IMG/VR virus record: IMGVR_UViG_2609459885_000003
Coordinates: 1 to 64,000 of that record
Reading direction: 5' to 3' (one strand)
DNA length: 64,000 nucleotides
Source: an uncultured virus (IMG/VR IMGVR_UViG_2609459885_000003)
Taxonomy: Duplodnaviria > Heunggongvirae > Uroviricota > Caudoviricetes
Below are positions 60,191-64,000 of the stretch, one piece after another. Numbering within the stretch: position 1 is the stretch's first letter; every line of letters starts with the position of its first letter. Under the pieces are notes generated by a model, which saw nothing but the letters and a program-made list of their open reading frames with translations, did no database searches and had not been told where the DNA came from. The position numbers and the translations under genes were made by a program.

Positions 60191-60540
60191 TATCCCGCGA
60201 TGAATCCGGGGTAAAGACCGTTTCGATAGATCTCGGATTCTATTTCAGTCGTGTAGTTGCTCACTACGCCGTATCGCCAATAGAGCTACTGAGTGTCCCG
60301 TTGACCATGTTCTGGATGCTCAGCCGCAATATCGATCGTCTGCGAGCGGAAGAGGATGTCCGCAATCTGCAGGTCGCCCGCGTCGCCCAAGCGGATGGCG
60401 ATGGCGTTAAGGCGTTCATGGAGGGTTTGCAACTCAGGATTGGAAGGCCAGTCGTTACTGATAAAGTCTACCGTCCGCATATGGATAAGGCAGACCCCGA
60501 CGCCAAAGAGCAGCTGATGCAAATTTTTGGCAGAGGATGA
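60184..60540 (+). CDS. tail assembly chaperone frameshift extension (gpT-like)
   Basis: The -1 frame is open from 60154 to 60540 and overlaps the end of the gpG-like gene. Confidence 0.6.
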   Translation, partial: KVISRDESGVKTVSIDLGFYFSRVVAHYAVSPIELLSVPLTMFWMLSRNIDRLRAEEDVRNLQVARVAQADGDGVKAFMEGLQLRIGRPVVTDKVYRPHMDKADPDAKEQLMQIFGRG

Positions 60541-60547
60541 CAAGGGA

Positions 60548-63500
60548 ATGTCACAAAACGTAGAGTTTATCCTGTCGCTGGAAGACAAACAGTTTACGGC
60601 GTCAATCGACCGGGCGGGTAAATTACTTACCAAATTTGGCGAGCGGGCTACCAAACCGGCTCAAAAAATTAAAAACCTCGAGCGCTCTCTGGGTTCGGTC
60701 TCCAGCATTCTTGGCGCTCTTGAAACCAGACTCAATTCTACGGCAGACAAACTACAGGACGTAGCTGCCGGTTTTGAACTCGTTTCCAACACCTCTCGAA
60801 AGGCACAACGTGAACTGTCCGCTATCAGCACTGATTTGCGGACATTCACAGATCGCGTTGATTCAGCCACATCGTCTACGCACAAGTTCCTGGCCTCATT
60901 GCGGAAGGTTCAGTCGGAACTCAATGAGTTTTCTGATTGGGTTAAATACGCAGGAGACCATGCCGGTAAATTCAACACTGAGATCAAGGGTGCCACTACT
61001 TCTCTTGGTGGAATGAACACCAGACTAAATGCGACCAGCAAGCGTCTGAGCAATTGGGGAACAACGACAAGCCAGGCGGCCGAGGGGTTAAAAAAAGTCA
61101 AAGATCAGATGGATGGCGTTATTCGAAGCCAGCAGCTGATCAGCCGTCCGGTCAGGGTCAGAACAACCACAAAGGGCGGGGGAGGCAGCGGAGGTGGCGC
61201 TGATCGATTTACCGCTGCGCCCCATCGCGGTGGTGGTCGTGAAAATGGCGTCTTCTCAGGATTACGCGGCAATATTTTCCTTCTGGGAGAAATTGGGGAT
61301 GCGGCCAGAACGGTCACTGACATCCTGTTTGGTTGGCAGAAGCCGATCGTAGAGGCTGCGGCCGAGATGCAGCGTATGCGTGTCATGTTGCGTGGGTTGA
61401 ATAAGGATAAGGTCAATCCTGGAGAAGCCGCTGCTCAAGACATGCAGTATATCGTGAATATGGCGAAAAACGCTCCATTTGCGATGCAGGCTTTAACCGA
61501 CTCATTTGTGAAGTTCCGTTCTGCTGGGCTCGATCCTACTGATGGCTCGTTAAAGGCACTGGTGGACTCAGTCGCACGTTTTGGTGGCGATAGTGAGTTG
61601 CTTAAGCGAGCGGCGGTGGCTGTCCAACAGATGTCTGGTAAAGGCGTTGTGTCGATGGAAGAGCTCCGCCAGCAATTGGGTGAAGCGGTTCCAAATGCGA
61701 TGAAGGCCATGGCAGATGCGGCCGGTATCACGATGGGTGAGCTAACCAAAGCCGTCTCCAGTGGGACCGTTGAAGCGAAACAGGCTCTTTCATTGATGTT
61801 TGTTGGTTTGCGTGCGGAAAACGAAAATGCCGCCAAAGATATGATGCAAACCTACACCGGTGCGTTGGCGCAGCTGCAAACCTCTTTCACTCTGTTTGCT
61901 GATCGAGTGGGGCAGGCTGGATACCTTGACTCGCTGACCAAGGGGATGAAAGAGCTGGCGGCCGTAATGAACAGCGCAGAAGGCATTTCGTTCGCTAATT
62001 CATTGGGAGAGGGGCTTACCACCGCGATTGATGGCCTGCGCGAGCTGGCGCAATGGTTGGCTAAGAATCAGGAGTTGGTTATTACGCTGGGCAAAATTGT
62101 CGCCGGAATGGTGGCATTTAAAATGCTCAGAGCGGGCATTTTAGGTGTTGTCGGCGCCGGCGGCCAGATGCTTTCCACCTTCATGAAGATGTCCACTGTA
62201 ATCCAGACACCATTCACGCTGGGGGCGACGGCGGTCACTCGTTTCAATCGTGCTGCACGCATGGGACTGGCACCAATCCCATCGCTCATTTTTGCCATTC
62301 GTGGTGCGATTACGGGGCTGAAAGGGGCATTCGCTGGGCTGACTGCGTTTATCGCAGCAAACCCGATTGGTGCTGCGTTTACCGTTGCAGCTGTAGCAGT
62401 GGCTGGACTGATCAGCTATATGACCATGCTTCGCAACGAAACGTCCAAAGTCGTTGAGGAGATCCGCAAAATCCCCGAGGCGATGACAGCCGCCAAGCGG
62501 GCACAGATGGCGGATTACAAGGAACGTCTTGATCGCCAAATAGCTCAGAAGGAGCAGGAGCTAAATTCTGGTGAAAAAATGGTCTACGGACCAGGGGTGG
62601 CCGGAACCACTATCAAAATTGACCGTAAGAAGGTCGAGTCCGAACTGAGCGACCTTCGCAAACAACGCGATAGAGTTAGTGGGACTATTGATCTGGGGGA
62701 CACTGCCGTCTCCAAACGTCTCGCAAAAGAGGCGGCTGAATCTCAGATTGAAAAAATCCGCGATGAAAACAAAGATTTTTCGGCCAAGTTCGTGAAAGCG
62801 CGCCAGGAAGCTTTGGAGAAAATTCAGAAGATCAATGACGACAAGTCATTGTCCGATGATGAAAAGAACAAGCTGCTGGGGCCATTACGAGAAACGGTAA
62901 ATAAATCTTATCTGGTACCAGCCCAAAAGTTGGTTGAGTCTTTATCATCGCGCAAGACCGCAACTGAAAAGCAGATCGCACACTTCAGCGATCTGCTGGA
63001 AAAGGCGAAAAAAGAAGGAAACACAGAACAGGTACAGAAGCTGCAGGGCAGTATTCGTGGCTATCAGGAACATCTTGAAACTGTTGCTCAGGAACTGACA
63101 CAGGCTGAGTTTGAACGCGATAACGCGGCGAAAACCGGAAAGGGCGTGAAGACCAACCAGGGAACAGTGCTTGGGTTGGGCACCAGCGACAAAGGCGCTG
63201 ATAAAGCGCTCGCGCAGTACATGCGCAACCAGATGGACTCTGCGGTTTACCAGCGCACGCTGCCTGATGGCACACCAATGATGGATTTTGAAGGAAAACC
63301 TATCATTGGGCCGAAGCAGCTTAAAACCCAGCTTAACCTGCAGAAAGCCTCCACTGCATCGTCTCTGGAAAAGATGAGCGAGAAGGAGCGTGCAGCCGCC
63401 ATAGCCGCACTAACCAAAGCTCGTGAACAGGATGCTGCTGCTGCCGAGAGGGCGGGGAAGCGTACCGCGAATGCCTCTGAACGCGCCGCGAAGAGGGAGG

Positions 63501-64000
63501 AAAGTGCGCAACAGAAGCTGGCTGCCGGCTTCCAGAAGGCTCTGGATAAAGCTGATCAGCTCATGGGGCAAATGGGCGAAAGTTCAAAGGCCACCGTGTC
63601 GTTTGATCAGTCGCTGCGTGATGTCACTAAGTCACTAACCGATCTTGCAAACGCCACGCCTAACGAGTTTATCTCGCAGGAGATGGTTGACCAGGCTAAA
63701 AAACGTCTCGCGGATTTGAGGAACGCTACCCCCGAATACCGTGAAATGTTTAATCGCCGCAACGTCGAGCAAATGATCAGCGCTTGGGCGCCGGAATCGG
63801 ATTCGATTATCAGCGCAGGCTTGATGCAAAGCCATGAGGAGAAGGCTGCCGAGTTTTCGGATACCTACAACCGCAATCTTAAGGCGCTGATCGAGCTGCG
63901 TGATAAGGCGACTGACCCGAAAATCATCTCGCTTTACAACAAGCAGCTTAATCAGCTGGTGGCCGCTGGCAATAATGCGCTGATTAAGCAAACAGGCACA
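60548..64000 (+). CDS. tail tape measure protein (3'-truncated by window end)
   Basis: ATG 60548 (MSQNVEFILSLEDKQF); tape-measure motif QQMSGKGVVSMEELRQQLGEAVP. Absent from the ORF track, consistent with no stop in the window. Confidence 0.9.
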   Translation, partial: MSQNVEFILSLEDKQFTASIDRAGKLLTKFGERATKPAQKIKNLERSLGSVSSILGALETRLNSTADKLQDVAAGFELVSNTSRKAQRELSAISTDLRTFTDRVDSATSSTHKFLASLRKVQSELNEFSDWVKYAGDHAGKFNTEIKGATTSLGGMNTRLNATSKRLSNWGTTTSQAAEGLKKVKDQMDGVIRSQQLISRPVRVRTTTKGGGGSGGGADRFTAAPHRGGGRENGVFSGLRGNIFLLGEIGDAARTVTDILFGWQKPIVEAAAEMQRMRVMLRGLNKDKVNPGEAAAQDMQYIVNMAKNAPFAMQALTDSFVKFRSAGLDPTDGSLKALVDSVARFGGDSELLKRAAVAVQQMSGKGVVSMEELRQQLGEAVPNAMKAMADAAGITMGELTKAVSSGTVEAKQALSLMFVGLRAENENAAKDMMQTYTGALAQLQTSFTLFADRVGQAGYLDSLTKGMKELAAVMNSAEGISFANSLGEGLTTAIDGLRELAQWLAKNQELVITLGKIVAGMVAFKMLRAGILGVVGAGGQMLSTFMKMSTVIQTPFTLGATAVTRFNRAARMGLAPIPSLIFAIRGAITGLKGAFAGLTAFIAANPIGAAFTVAAVAVAGLISYMTMLRNETSKVVEEIRKIPEAMTAAKRAQMADYKERLDRQIAQKEQELNSGEKMVYGPGVAGTTIKIDRKKVESELSDLRKQRDRVSGTIDLGDTAVSKRLAKEAAESQIEKIRDENKDFSAKFVKARQEALEKIQKINDDKSLSDDEKNKLLGPLRETVNKSYLVPAQKLVESLSSRKTATEKQIAHFSDLLEKAKKEGNTEQVQKLQGSIRGYQEHLETVAQELTQAEFERDNAAKTGKGVKTNQGTVLGLGTSDKGADKALAQYMRNQMDSAVYQRTLPDGTPMMDFEGKPIIGPKQLKTQLNLQKASTASSLEKMSEKERAAAIAALTKAREQDAAAAERAGKRTANASERAAKREESAQQKLAAGFQKALDKADQLMGQMGESSKATVSFDQSLRDVTKSLTDLANATPNEFISQEMVDQAKKRLADLRNATPEYREMFNRRNVEQMISAWAPESDSIISAGLMQSHEEKAAEFSDTYNRNLKALIELRDKATDPKIISLYNKQLNQLVAAGNNALIKQTGT

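Noticed and set aside
1..64000. tRNA, rRNA, IS transposase or integrase genes
   Set aside because: None were recognised by eye; a tRNAscan-SE and ISEScan run would be needed to exclude them formally.

Overview
This window is about 64 kb of an enterobacterial phage-plasmid resembling the SSU5/pHCM2 group. It carries an iteron replicon of the IncFIB/P1 type: repA with 5 upstream and 9 downstream iterons, a GATC cluster and DnaA-like boxes. It also encodes a T4-like recombination/replication set (UvsY-like, gp32-like SSB, 5'-3' exonuclease, RecA, Mre11/Rad50-like pair, RuvC-like, SF2 helicase) and a nucleotide-metabolism block (nrdAB, MazG-like, thyA, folA, kinase-like, DnaQ-like). Further genes include two orphan amino-methyltransferases, RNase HI, a field of small-gene cassettes at 35.5-45 kb, and a ParB-ParB-ABC ATPase-GNAT operon next to the terminase. 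A siphovirus head-tail module follows and ends in a tape-measure gene that runs off the window. Candidate defence genes (FRG, DUF6602-like, DUF4041/T5orf172, GIY-YIG) sit in the backbone. The most striking unexplained signals are non-coding: a promoter-driven, densely structured ~450-nt region just upstream of rnhA; two homologous nested palindromes 23 kb apart; a second pair of homologous structured elements at 38.5 and 41.8 kb; and two families of palindromic operator-like sites. All family assignments come from motif recognition by eye; no database search was run.
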